Of a stretch of 64,000 nt of DNA, positions 39,270-48,403 are shown in pieces. The notes below the pieces were generated by a model that saw nothing but the letters and a program-made list of their open reading frames with translations, did not search any database and had not been told where the DNA came from. The position numbers were made by a program, and so were the translations under genes. Source of the DNA: Lysobacterales bacterium (GTDB lineage Bacteria > Pseudomonadota > Gammaproteobacteria > Xanthomonadales > SZUA-38); contig JBGCET010000003.1 in NCBI GenBank assembly GCA_045106555.1, positions 55,244 to 119,243 of the forward strand, given 5' to 3'. The stretch's first letter is position 1; each line of letters begins with the position of its first letter.

Positions 39270-41742
39270 CTTGCTGGGGTACCAATTCCGCGCCGGTGGC
39301 GCTGGCGTATTGGCGCAGCAGGTGGTTGGGCAATTCTGCGTTGTCCCAGGTGACTTCCTTTGGGGGCCGCACACCTACTCTCAGAATGATCAGGTCGTGG
39401 CGCGGAATGTGGTAACTCACCTGATGTCCGTTGCCGTCAAACAGATACAGGTCTTTATCCAGGTAGGGCTCTGAATGCAGGGTGTGGCCAAACGGCACGT
39501 CTGGGTTGGCAGCGCCCCGGTTTGTCACATAGGGCCCGGCAACATACATGCCCATCCCGGTATGAGGGTTATATTCGGTGGCACTGGTTATGGCATCAAC
39601 ATACCCTTCGGGCAACAATCGCTCGCCCTCCCAAACCCCGTCATTGATGATCAGAACCGAAAGCCGCAGGAACGTTTCCGCGGGCAACAGCGCGCAGCAA
39701 CCCGAGTGCACCGTACCGCCAGGGCGGTTGACCCAGATCTGCCCGCCAGCGGCTCCCAGAGGTTCAAATACCTCTTCTCCGACCCAGTCCTGGTAGGGCC
39801 TGCCGGTGGCCCGTTCGATGAGGGGGGCAACCAGCTCGCTGTTGGCATTGGAATAGTCATAGCGGGTGCCCGGTTCGTGCTCCATGGGATAGTCATGCAG
39901 GATGACTTCGATGTGATAAGGATGCAGGTAGGCGCGATTCAGATACGATTCGGGCTCCATAGCCTGGCCCTGGCGGGCTAAGCCGGAACGCATTTGTAGC
40001 AGGTGACGCAGGGTCATGGACGATTTATCGCTGTCTTTCCATTCGGTGAAGAACTGATCTACGGGTTGATCCAGCGATTGGATATAGCCCAGCTTGAGGG
40101 CCCGTCCCATGGCCATGATGGAAATGGGTTTTGACAGCGAGCGGGTGATGATCAACGAGTCGGCGCGAGTATCGCCAAAGTAATTTTCATAGATCACCTT
40201 GCCTTTTTGCCAGACCATAATGGCGGCGGAATTATTGCCGGCGCCGAACTGGTCCAGCCATTGACGGGTTTCCCCATCCAGCCACGGCGCACTGGCGGGA
40301 TCTCTTGGCAGTGGCACCACGTTATCGGCCCCGGGTAATTCGATCAGGGGGTCGTAGCCACCCAGCCCGCTACCCGCACGTGACTGCTCAACCAGTTGCG
40401 CAAAACGGGCGTCGTAGGTGGCTTCGGCGGTGCCGCTGCGATACGTCTCCAAGTTTGTCGCGATTTCTTGCTCCTTGAGGCCCCGCAGCAGCGTGTTGAC
40501 TATGATGGAATCGTCATAGGTCATGTCGACGTTACCGGCTCGGGCAACCACCAGTTCAGCGCTGGGAATAATGTAAACCCGTTGACCGCCAAAACCGTCA
40601 AAAAACGTGACGTCGGAGGCCATAAACGGCGCTTCGTGAGCCACGGTCAGCGGCGTCTCCGGACCGTATAAACGTTGCGCGTGCCAGTCCCCCCCCAGCC
40701 ACACATGCAGACCATAGGACGAGTTGTTGGCGCTTGGAGTGGAAAGCGAGGCGACGGACTCAGGACTGAGGATGGGCTTGCCTCCAGCCGAACCGTTGTT
40801 GGCCAGCATGACGCCAAGTCTCAGCCAGTCCGTCAGGCCTGCCTCAAGGCCGGAGTAAAACCGTGGGCTGCCACCCTCTGCTTCCAGCCAGAGCGCCGCA
40901 GGTGCATTACCCAAGGGTTGCCAAACACGTGCGGAAAGGTAATCGGCATATCGACGCCCAGATTTGGCCAACGCCCGCTCCAAGACAACCCCTGCAATCT
41001 GGCTGTTGGCATTGCTGTAGTTAAAACGCGTGCCCGGCTCAAATGCCAGCGGAAAGGAAAGGGCCGTCTGCGAAACTTTGGACGACAGCATCAAGTTGGC
41101 CGCCTCGGTGCTTTGGCCGCCCAAGGCAAAGTGCTTGAGGCCGCTGCTGTGGGTTAAGAAATGGCGCAGGGAAATGTCGCCTCGAGGATCTCCCGACCAC
41201 TCTTCGATGTAACTGCCCACAGAGTCATCAACGCTGCTGATGATGCCATCTTCAATGGCGGCCAGGATGGCGATCGCCAGCACGCTTTTGTGCATGGAAA
41301 ACGTTGAAAAGTGCTGTAGTGGGGTTAGTTCGTCAGCAAAGGTCTGTGCTGCCAACGATCCTTTATGCCAAACCATCAGGCCGAGACCGCCGTGCTGATT
41401 GTGGTACTCGGCTGCGGCGTCAAAGGCCGCAGCAGCAGCGAATCCTGAAGGCCCCGGCAGTTCGCTATCGGCTGTGCCGGCCACCACCTCTTTTGGCTGT
41501 CGCCACTCAAGCTCGGTCACGCCCGGCTGTTTTTGCATCGCGGCCATATTGCGCAGAAATACCGGATCGGGCGCTTCGGCACTGATTTGGGTTGCCGCTG
41601 GCGCATCAGCCGCAGACTGGGGCTCCGCGGACGGCGGCGCGTCGGACCCACAGCCGGCAATAGCCATCACGCTCACCAGGGCCAAGCGAGGGAAAAGTTG
41701 CTTCGTCGAATGAATAGTGTTCAGGGTCAACAGTGATGCCAT
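39259..41742 (-). CDS. Lipoprotein with two tandem beta-lactamase-like serine hydrolase domains
   Basis: Lipobox IAGC; domain 1 SMHK...LTHSSGL...YSN; domain 2 SLSK...LLQMRSGL...YSN. Confidence 0.88.
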   Translation of the reverse strand: MASLLTLNTIHSTKQLFPRLALVSVMAIAGCGSDAPPSAEPQSAADAPAATQISAEAPDPVFLRNMAAMQKQPGVTELEWRQPKEVVAGTADSELPGPSGFAAAAAFDAAAEYHNQHGGLGLMVWHKGSLAAQTFADELTPLQHFSTFSMHKSVLAIAILAAIEDGIISSVDDSVGSYIEEWSGDPRGDISLRHFLTHSSGLKHFALGGQSTEAANLMLSSKVSQTALSFPLAFEPGTRFNYSNANSQIAGVVLERALAKSGRRYADYLSARVWQPLGNAPAALWLEAEGGSPRFYSGLEAGLTDWLRLGVMLANNGSAGGKPILSPESVASLSTPSANNSSYGLHVWLGGDWHAQRLYGPETPLTVAHEAPFMASDVTFFDGFGGQRVYIIPSAELVVARAGNVDMTYDDSIIVNTLLRGLKEQEIATNLETYRSGTAEATYDARFAQLVEQSRAGSGLGGYDPLIELPGADNVVPLPRDPASAPWLDGETRQWLDQFGAGNNSAAIMVWQKGKVIYENYFGDTRADSLIITRSLSKPISIMAMGRALKLGYIQSLDQPVDQFFTEWKDSDKSSMTLRHLLQMRSGLARQGQAMEPESYLNRAYLHPYHIEVILHDYPMEHEPGTRYDYSNANSELVAPLIERATGRPYQDWVGEEVFEPLGAAGGQIWVNRPGGTVHSGCCALLPAETFLRLSVLIINDGVWEGERLLPEGYVDAITSATEYNPHTGMGMYVAGPYVTNRGAANPDVPFGHTLHSEPYLDKDLYLFDGNGHQVSYHIPRHDLIILRVGVRPPKEVTWDNAELPNHLLRQYASATGAELVPQQATQ

Positions 41743-41782
41743 GATGGTTTTTCCTGGTGAATAGTGTGTGCCGGCTGGGTAT

Positions 41783-42739
41783 TTACCGGCGTTGCAGCGA
41801 AGCGGCGTCCGTTTTCCCGGGTTGGATAGGGCTTGCGCACACGCTTAGGCCGTTATCCAGATAGGTGGCTAGAAATTGTTCGGTGGTTGCCATGGCTTGT
41901 TCAAACGCTACGGTCTGCGCCGGAACCTCCCGCGCCAGTCTGCCGAAGACTTTACCAAAATAGTGATCCACGTCCTCGCCGACCCAAAGCCATTGGTCCC
42001 CTTCCGGGGCCTCATTCCAAGCGGCTGTATGGGTGCGCCAGTCTTCCATGAAGCCCGGCAGAATATCGCCAGTGCCAGTAATCAGTAGCTGGGGGCGGTC
42101 CATGGTTTCCCAAGCGCCCGTTTCAATAAAACCCGGTAGAGGTCCTGGCGGGGAGAATGCCACCACCGCATCAACATCGGTGGAAAATTCGCCGGGTGTG
42201 TCGCCCACTGCCAAAGCGCCGGCCGCGACCTGTGCGCCAAACGCCCCATAGGAGTGGCCAGTGGATACACGGGTGGCGCTGACAGAGATGCCGGCGTTCA
42301 GGTGACCCAGCATGGATGGCGCAGGCGTTAACAAAGCTGCTACATCCTGTTTACGGCTGAGCCAAACCTGGGCAGGTGCGGGGGGCGGATCGGTAGCGAT
42401 CAATTCCGAATCAATATGCAGAGGCGCCATCACCACCATGCCCATCGCTGCCAGGCCCTCCAGCACCGCGTCATACCGCTCCGGCGCCGAATAGGCTCCG
42501 TGGGAGAAGGTTGCCAGGGGATATCGGCCAGCCTGGCTGGGTTGCCAAAGAGTGACTGCGGTTTGCCGACCGTTGGAATGGGTCAGCGTGTGTTCGGTTT
42601 TTGTGACGGCCAACGGCTGGCGGCTGCAGGGCGGCACGCTTGCGCACGCATTAAGCAGGCCTATCGCAAGCACCACGGTGGCCAGCAGCCGCGGGTATTG
42701 TGGGTGTTTACGCATTACAACCGCCTCGGAATGTGTCAT
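41783..42739 (-). CDS. Alpha/beta hydrolase lipoprotein (chlorophyllase/PAF-acetylhydrolase-like layout)
   Basis: Lipobox LNAC; YPLATFSHG, LAAMGMVVMAP, GHSYG nucleophile, ITGTGD, DHYFG. Confidence 0.8.
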   Translation of the reverse strand: MTHSEAVVMRKHPQYPRLLATVVLAIGLLNACASVPPCSRQPLAVTKTEHTLTHSNGRQTAVTLWQPSQAGRYPLATFSHGAYSAPERYDAVLEGLAAMGMVVMAPLHIDSELIATDPPPAPAQVWLSRKQDVAALLTPAPSMLGHLNAGISVSATRVSTGHSYGAFGAQVAAGALAVGDTPGEFSTDVDAVVAFSPPGPLPGFIETGAWETMDRPQLLITGTGDILPGFMEDWRTHTAAWNEAPEGDQWLWVGEDVDHYFGKVFGRLAREVPAQTVAFEQAMATTEQFLATYLDNGLSVCASPIQPGKTDAASLQRR

Positions 42740-42766
42740 CGCTATGGGTTCTTGGTGCTGCCTCGC

Positions 42767-43111
42767 TCACTTTTCTTCGGTGTGGTTCAACACCGACTGG
42801 TAGCGATCCCGATTGTCAGCTTCGGCGTTTTCCTGGGCGCGCTTGTTGGCGACAAAATGAAGCCGTTGGAAAAAGTCTTGGCGAGCCGCCTCCCTGTCGT
42901 TCAGGCACTGTTCGTCCGGGACAAAAGCTTCGATGTCGGCCTGGGATGGGCCTTCGCCGGCCTCGCTAAGCCGCTCGAAGGTATCCAGCCGATCGCGCAA
43001 CACGCTGACTTCGCTGGCGAGCACCATAATCATGGACATGGCCTGATCCATGGCCGGGTCGTCAAAAAATTGTGGGCGTGAACCCTTAGGATAGCGTCGC
43101 ATGTCCGTCAT
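42767..43111 (-). CDS. Small helical partner protein, paralog 2
   Basis: KGSRPQFFDDPAMDQAMSMIMVLASEVSVLRDRLDTFERL; ATGA overlap with the methyltransferase stop. Confidence 0.85.
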   Translation of the reverse strand: MTDMRRYPKGSRPQFFDDPAMDQAMSMIMVLASEVSVLRDRLDTFERLSEAGEGPSQADIEAFVPDEQCLNDREAARQDFFQRLHFVANKRAQENAEADNRDRYQSVLNHTEEK

Positions 43112-44325
43112 GATGCCGCCTGCTTGTGGCCGATCAACACTTCCCAGCCGCCGCCCGGTGCAAACTCACCGGCCTCAAATTCTCGCTGGGCCACCTCGCT
43201 GGCGGTTTCCGGGTCGTAGCCGGCAGCGGCGGCGGCGGCGAACTCCAGCACCGCCATGGGCGCGGTATCAAACCTTACCTGAGATTTCTCAAACCCCGCA
43301 TCCAACGCCAGCTGAATTTGATCAACATCCCGCATGGGGCCCCAGAAGGGCTCGTTATTGTAGTGGGTCTCGTTGTCCAGGATGAACTCGGAAAACAAAT
43401 CGCTGTGATCAAATGGCGGGAGGTCAGCGTGAATCATTACGCCGCCGGGTTTCAACAATCGGTGGCACTCTTTGAAAATTTTCGGCATGGCCTTGTTCGA
43501 GGTTTCGTGCAGCAGGATGTGGCTGACTACCAGGTCGAAACTGCCGGCTTCAAACCCAGTGTCTGATGCATCTCGCTGCTGGAAACTGACGTCCATGCCC
43601 ATTCCGCCCGCCCGAGCGTGGGCATAGCGAACCTGGGGGCCTGCTACATCAATCCCAATCACTTCTGCGTCGGGAAAGAACTCTTTGTAGGGCAATGTTG
43701 AGTGACCCACGGTGCAGCCCATGTCGAGAATGCGCATTGGCTTCATTTCTGGCAGGTTGCGCCGGATGTAGTTACAGACCGAGCGACCCAGGTCATCGTT
43801 CATTGGGCCCATGTAACCCATGGCGTATAAATAAACGCCACGGTCGTAAAGCACCGCAGTGCTGATGTCGTCATCGCCAGAGCTGCCGGCATAACCGCCG
43901 GGCATGCAGTGGATGTCGATGCCGGACACGTAGCGTGGCACCTCCATGGAAGCGTCTACACTCAGCGCTGCGCCGTTGTGCGCAGAGAGCTGCGCCGCCG
44001 CTTCATTTAACGCGGGTTGCTGGCGCTGTACGCTGGTCAGCACCGACTCCCACAGCAGTTCTTGGGCAACCCGGTTGGTGCTTGCGTAAGACTGAAAGTA
44101 GGGGTCGCCAACCATAAACTGGCGCACTTCTCGACGGTCCTTCGGTTCACGACCGTGCTCCGCGGTAAATTCCTTCACGCGACGTTGATAAACCGGCGCC
44201 AGGCCGGGTAGCATTTGGCCCTGCACAAATTGCTTCAGACTTTTCGAAAATTCCTGCCGGGCCTTCTCGTCATGGGTGGCCTGAGGCAGCGCCGGGTGGG
44301 GCTGTTGTTGAAAGGTGTTAAGCAT
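43108..44325 (-). CDS. Class I SAM-dependent methyltransferase-like protein, paralog 2
   Basis: HDEKARQEF, DIHCMPGGY, ILDMGCTVGHSTLP, GID, FDLVVSHILLHETS, NNEPFW. Confidence 0.9.
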   Translation of the reverse strand: MLNTFQQQPHPALPQATHDEKARQEFSKSLKQFVQGQMLPGLAPVYQRRVKEFTAEHGREPKDRREVRQFMVGDPYFQSYASTNRVAQELLWESVLTSVQRQQPALNEAAAQLSAHNGAALSVDASMEVPRYVSGIDIHCMPGGYAGSSGDDDISTAVLYDRGVYLYAMGYMGPMNDDLGRSVCNYIRRNLPEMKPMRILDMGCTVGHSTLPYKEFFPDAEVIGIDVAGPQVRYAHARAGGMGMDVSFQQRDASDTGFEAGSFDLVVSHILLHETSNKAMPKIFKECHRLLKPGGVMIHADLPPFDHSDLFSEFILDNETHYNNEPFWGPMRDVDQIQLALDAGFEKSQVRFDTAPMAVLEFAAAAAAGYDPETASEVAQREFEAGEFAPGGGWEVLIGHKQAAS

Positions 44326-44403
44326 GACGGAACTCCTAGATATCCTGATGCACCATTGGGCAATATCCCTGCCCTAAATGCTACCGCGGATAATGGTAAA
44401 TCA

Positions 44404-44419
44404 GCTATAGCAAAATTGA
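44404..44419. promoter_or_regulatory. Candidate operator GCTATAGCAAAATTGA
   Basis: In the divergent promoter between methyltransferase 2 and the DUF1838-like gene; overlaps a T-N11-A box (ATAGCAAAATTGAAT). Confidence 0.5.
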
Positions 44420-44483
44420 ATTGTGGCTGTGCTGCCCAGAGTCGATACTTTGTGCTCAGCAATTACCGTTTCGGAGATACACC

Positions 44484-45497
44484 GTGAGCAAGCCTTCAGA
44501 CCGTCAACCCAATCCTGACCGCCGCAACTTTATGGGCGCAGGACTCATCGCTGGAGGCGCGCTGCTGGGCGGTGCTGCTCTGGGCCTTATGCCGGATACC
44601 TCTCAGGCAGCGCCAAGTCGAGGAAAGACTCGCGTCGATCCTCGCCTTGCGGACAAGTTTCGCGACCCTGAGTGGAATCGCGATGCCTATGCGCGCCTGC
44701 TGGGGCACATGGATTTTAAATCTCAAAAGCACGGTTGGTACAACGGCGTGGTTCACGGTGTTCGTGACGGCGAAGCCATCAAACCACTGATGGGGTTTGA
44801 GGGTTTTTCCGCTGCCCGCGTCATCGACAATGGTGACGGTACGTACCAGAAGCTGCTGCGTGAAACGGTGTTCTACAAAGATTTGGAAACCGGTGAGGTG
44901 TTGGAGGAATACACCAACCCGTACACCAACGAAACGGTGAAGGTGGTACCGGTTTACAACGACCCGTTTAACCATCTGATTCGAACCATTTATCCTCAGC
45001 CGCCGAATTACGGTGGACTGAACAAAGAAAAACGGCCAGAAATTCCGTTCATTTTGCCGTGGAAAGTGACCGAGGCCGATACAGTGACCCTGGCGTCCGA
45101 CATTCACCTGTTTTACCCCTCGGCGCTGCAGCCCGACAAGTGGCCCCGGGAGTCGGCCGGGAAAATGAACCGAGTCTCTGAAATGTTCCGCTTTGTGATT
45201 CGCCGCGAAGACATCGAGGATGACAGCAACCTGTCGATTAATTATTCAGGAAGCTGGGGTCGCATTACCCCATGGCTCCCCTGGATGCTGATGGGGCAGT
45301 CTGATGGCCATATTTACTACCAGGGCACCATGGGTGGGTTCAGCAACTTCGACATGGTGTCGCCGCAGGTAATGGAATATGGCAAGAAGCACTTTCCCAA
45401 TTACTTCACGGCGCCGGACAAGTGGGAAGAGCCCAGCCTTTCCAGCCTGGAGAACTATGCTCGACAGCAAAAACCGGCACCGGTCAGAGCGGGCTAG
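44484..45497 (+). CDS. Tat-exported DUF1838-like protein
   Basis: DRRNFMG twin-arginine signal; W..G.V.G......KPLMGFEGFS, RE...Y.D.ETGEVLEE..NPYT.E.V.V..V.NDP, SEMF, W.RITPWLPWMLMG recognised as DUF1838 motifs. Confidence 0.78.
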   Translation: MSKPSDRQPNPDRRNFMGAGLIAGGALLGGAALGLMPDTSQAAPSRGKTRVDPRLADKFRDPEWNRDAYARLLGHMDFKSQKHGWYNGVVHGVRDGEAIKPLMGFEGFSAARVIDNGDGTYQKLLRETVFYKDLETGEVLEEYTNPYTNETVKVVPVYNDPFNHLIRTIYPQPPNYGGLNKEKRPEIPFILPWKVTEADTVTLASDIHLFYPSALQPDKWPRESAGKMNRVSEMFRFVIRREDIEDDSNLSINYSGSWGRITPWLPWMLMGQSDGHIYYQGTMGGFSNFDMVSPQVMEYGKKHFPNYFTAPDKWEEPSLSSLENYARQQKPAPVRAG

Positions 45498-45523
45498 TTT
45501 CGGCAGTACAATGCGTTGAATAT

Positions 45524-45557
45524 AAATCCGGCAGAATTGTCCTGCCGGATTTTTTTT
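45524..45557 (+). terminator. Intrinsic terminator after the DUF1838-like gene
   Basis: AAATCCGGCAG-loop-CTGCCGGATTT followed by a T run. Confidence 0.75.
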
Positions 45558-45579
45558 GCCCGCGATTTACGGACACGTT

Positions 45580-47085
45580 ATGAATAGCATCAGTAAAAAT
45601 ACGGTTGGCGCGGTGGAAGAATTCGCCCGTCAGGGCCATCAGTTATTTATCAACGGTGCGTGGGTTGATGCACAGACTGAGGCGAGCATCGAAACCACGA
45701 ACCCGTCGACGGGCCAAAGGCTCGGCGAGGTGCCTGATGGGGGGGCTGCTGATATCGACGCCGCGGTCGGGGCCGCGCGGCATTGCTTTGAGACTGATTG
45801 GTCGCGTAGGGATGCCGGCGAGCGCAGTGCAGTGCTGCGCGCAATGGCCGAGATTGTTGATGCCAATCGGGAGATGCTGGCGGCGCTGGAAACCATGGAT
45901 ATTGGTACCCCGATTAGCCTTACCGGGGGGCTAATGGTTGATGGCTGGACCAGCACGCTGGAATACTTTGCCGGCGCTCCGGCGCGCATTCGGGGAGAGA
46001 CATTTTCTACCCCCGGCGCGTGGAATTTCACCGGTCGGGAAAGTTCGCTGTACACGCTGAAAGAACCCTTGGGTGTGGTTGGGGCAATCTTGCCCTGGAA
46101 CGCACCGGGCTCGTTTTACATTAATAAAGTTGCGCCGGCGCTGGCTGCAGGGTGCACGGTAGTCATCAAACCTGCGGAACAGGCGCCGTTGGCGGCGCTG
46201 TACCTGACCCGTTTGTTTGAGCAGGCGGGGTTGCCACCAGGAGCAATCAATGTGGTCACCGGGTCGGGTCATAGCGCCGGTCAGGCGCTTGCTCAGCACC
46301 CGGACGTGAACAAAATCACGTTCACCGGTTCCTCGGGGGTTGGCAAGGCCATCATGCGAGACGGCGCTGATAATCTGAAACGTCTTACCTTAGAGCTGGG
46401 TGGAAAGTCGTCTTTTGTTGTTATGTCTGATGCCGATATGGACAGCGCCATTCAGTTTTTGGTGATGATGGGGGTGTTTAGCGCCGGACAGTTTTGTATG
46501 TGTCCATCCAAGGTGTTTGTGGAAAAATCCATTGTGGAGGAATTCACCCGGAAGCTGACTCAGGCCATGGGTGAAGTGGTCATTGGCAGCGCTATGGATG
46601 GGGCCACTGAGATGGGTCCGCTAATTACTGCTAGTCAACGCTCGCGTGTTTCAGGCTTGGTGGAAACCGCCAAAAAAGACGGTGTTGATGTACTTCTAGG
46701 CGGGCATGAAATAGACACGGGTGGCTATCACTATCATCCCACCTTGCTGTTCAATGCCCATACGCAGCTGGAGATTGCTCAGGAAGAGGTATTTGGGCCT
46801 GTGCTGCTGGCCGTGCCGTTTGACGAAAACAATCTGGATCAACTGACCCAGCTGGCAAACGAAACCCAGTATGGCTTAGCGGCTAGCGTTTGGACCAACA
46901 ACCTGAAATTAGCCAATACCATGGTGCAACGGTTTCAGGCCGGTATTGTGGGGGTTAACTCCCATGGCTTTGTTGATCCACGTGCACCCTTTGGTGGCAT
47001 TAAGCAATCTGGGTTGGGGCGAGAATACGGTGAAGAGGGTCTTGAAGCGTTCCTGGAAACCAAAACCGTCACAGCGTTCTATTGA
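45580..47085 (+). CDS. NAD(P)-dependent aldehyde dehydrogenase
   Basis: ILPWN, KPAEQAP, FTGS, LELGGKS, catalytic GQFC, EEVFGP, PFGGIKQSG.GRE. Confidence 0.95.
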   Translation: MNSISKNTVGAVEEFARQGHQLFINGAWVDAQTEASIETTNPSTGQRLGEVPDGGAADIDAAVGAARHCFETDWSRRDAGERSAVLRAMAEIVDANREMLAALETMDIGTPISLTGGLMVDGWTSTLEYFAGAPARIRGETFSTPGAWNFTGRESSLYTLKEPLGVVGAILPWNAPGSFYINKVAPALAAGCTVVIKPAEQAPLAALYLTRLFEQAGLPPGAINVVTGSGHSAGQALAQHPDVNKITFTGSSGVGKAIMRDGADNLKRLTLELGGKSSFVVMSDADMDSAIQFLVMMGVFSAGQFCMCPSKVFVEKSIVEEFTRKLTQAMGEVVIGSAMDGATEMGPLITASQRSRVSGLVETAKKDGVDVLLGGHEIDTGGYHYHPTLLFNAHTQLEIAQEEVFGPVLLAVPFDENNLDQLTQLANETQYGLAASVWTNNLKLANTMVQRFQAGIVGVNSHGFVDPRAPFGGIKQSGLGREYGEEGLEAFLETKTVTAFY

Positions 47086-48308
47086 TCTGAAGACTGCGCG
47101 CTGAGCTGGGGATACCGGCCCAGCGCAAGCAATATCAACGCACCGCTGCCAAACATGGCCGCGCAGATTTTCATCACCAGAGTGTAGCTGCCCTGCAGGT
47201 CGAACAGGTGGCCAAACAGCGTTGGCGCGATGCCCGCAGAGATCGCGAATCCGGCATAAGGAATGACATAAATTTTGGCATAGTGGCGCAGGCCAAAGTA
47301 GCGGCCGACCAGGTAGGCGATTAAATCGAATTCAGCGCCTGCGGCAAAACCAATCAGAATGACCGCAACGCTGACCAGCGGAATGGAAAGCTCTGGCTGA
47401 ATCAGAATCAGCGCCGAAATGACCGGCAAGGCTTGCACAACGGCGGCCACCCCAGGCGCCCAAAAACGATCGATGCAGTACCCCACAATTACCCGTCCCG
47501 CAATCACCGCCAGGCCAATCAGTCCAACGATACTGGCCGCCCTGCCACGCTCGATGGAAGCATCCATCATCAGCGGCACCAGATTGGGAATCGAGCCGCC
47601 GATAGCCCCGGACAGCAGAAAAAACGACAGAAAAATCAGCCAGAGTTTCCAATCACGCATGGCCTCGCCCAAGGTCACCCCGCTAAGGGCCGGCGCGGTA
47701 GCGTCCGTTTCCCCCCGTGTGCCGGGCGGGTCCTTTAAGAAGAAATACACCAACGGCAACGCCGCCAGGGGAATCAATGCCAACCCCAGGTAAGCTTCCC
47801 GCCAGCCAAACCGGTCCAGCAACCAGGCCACGTAGTTGGGCGCGGTAAGCGCGGCAAATCCTGTGCCTGCCAGCGCTAACCCCAAAGCAAGTCCCCGTTG
47901 CCGATCAAACCATCCGCTGATGGCTTTGGTCCAAGTTATAGGCGTGGTCCCGGCCCCAAGCACCGCAATTAACGCGGCAGCCAGGTAGAACGTGGGGATC
48001 GAGCGAGTCAGCAGCGCAAGGGCCACATATCCAAGGGCTGTGCCGGCCAGTGACAGCAGCACCAGCTTGCGCACGCCCAGGCTATCGGTGAGCCAACCAA
48101 TCAGGGGCACAACGAGTAAACCCGTCACGCTAAAGGCGGTAAACATCCCCTGTACTTGGGCGCGGGTCCAGGCGAATTCTTCGCCCAGGGGCTGAACAAA
48201 CAAGCCGAGGGTGTAAAAAGGAATGCCGGTGATGCCAGCCCCAATGCCGATACCGCTGGCCAGCACAATGGCCCAATGACGGGCAATCTCTGATTGTGAC
48301 TTTGCCAT
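47079..48308 (-). CDS. MFS transporter (OFA/MCT-like)
   Basis: GWLTDSLGVR, WFDRQRGLALG, YFGLRHY; about 12 TM helices. Confidence 0.9.
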   Translation of the reverse strand: MAKSQSEIARHWAIVLASGIGIGAGITGIPFYTLGLFVQPLGEEFAWTRAQVQGMFTAFSVTGLLVVPLIGWLTDSLGVRKLVLLSLAGTALGYVALALLTRSIPTFYLAAALIAVLGAGTTPITWTKAISGWFDRQRGLALGLALAGTGFAALTAPNYVAWLLDRFGWREAYLGLALIPLAALPLVYFFLKDPPGTRGETDATAPALSGVTLGEAMRDWKLWLIFLSFFLLSGAIGGSIPNLVPLMMDASIERGRAASIVGLIGLAVIAGRVIVGYCIDRFWAPGVAAVVQALPVISALILIQPELSIPLVSVAVILIGFAAGAEFDLIAYLVGRYFGLRHYAKIYVIPYAGFAISAGIAPTLFGHLFDLQGSYTLVMKICAAMFGSGALILLALGRYPQLSAQSSDQ

Positions 48309-48403
48309 GGCAGTATTCCTGATGAAATCTGCCGTAGCTTCTTACATTGCCGGGAATCCCGCCAGTATTTGTTGAAGATATCTGTTGTCGTATTTACCGC
48401 ACA

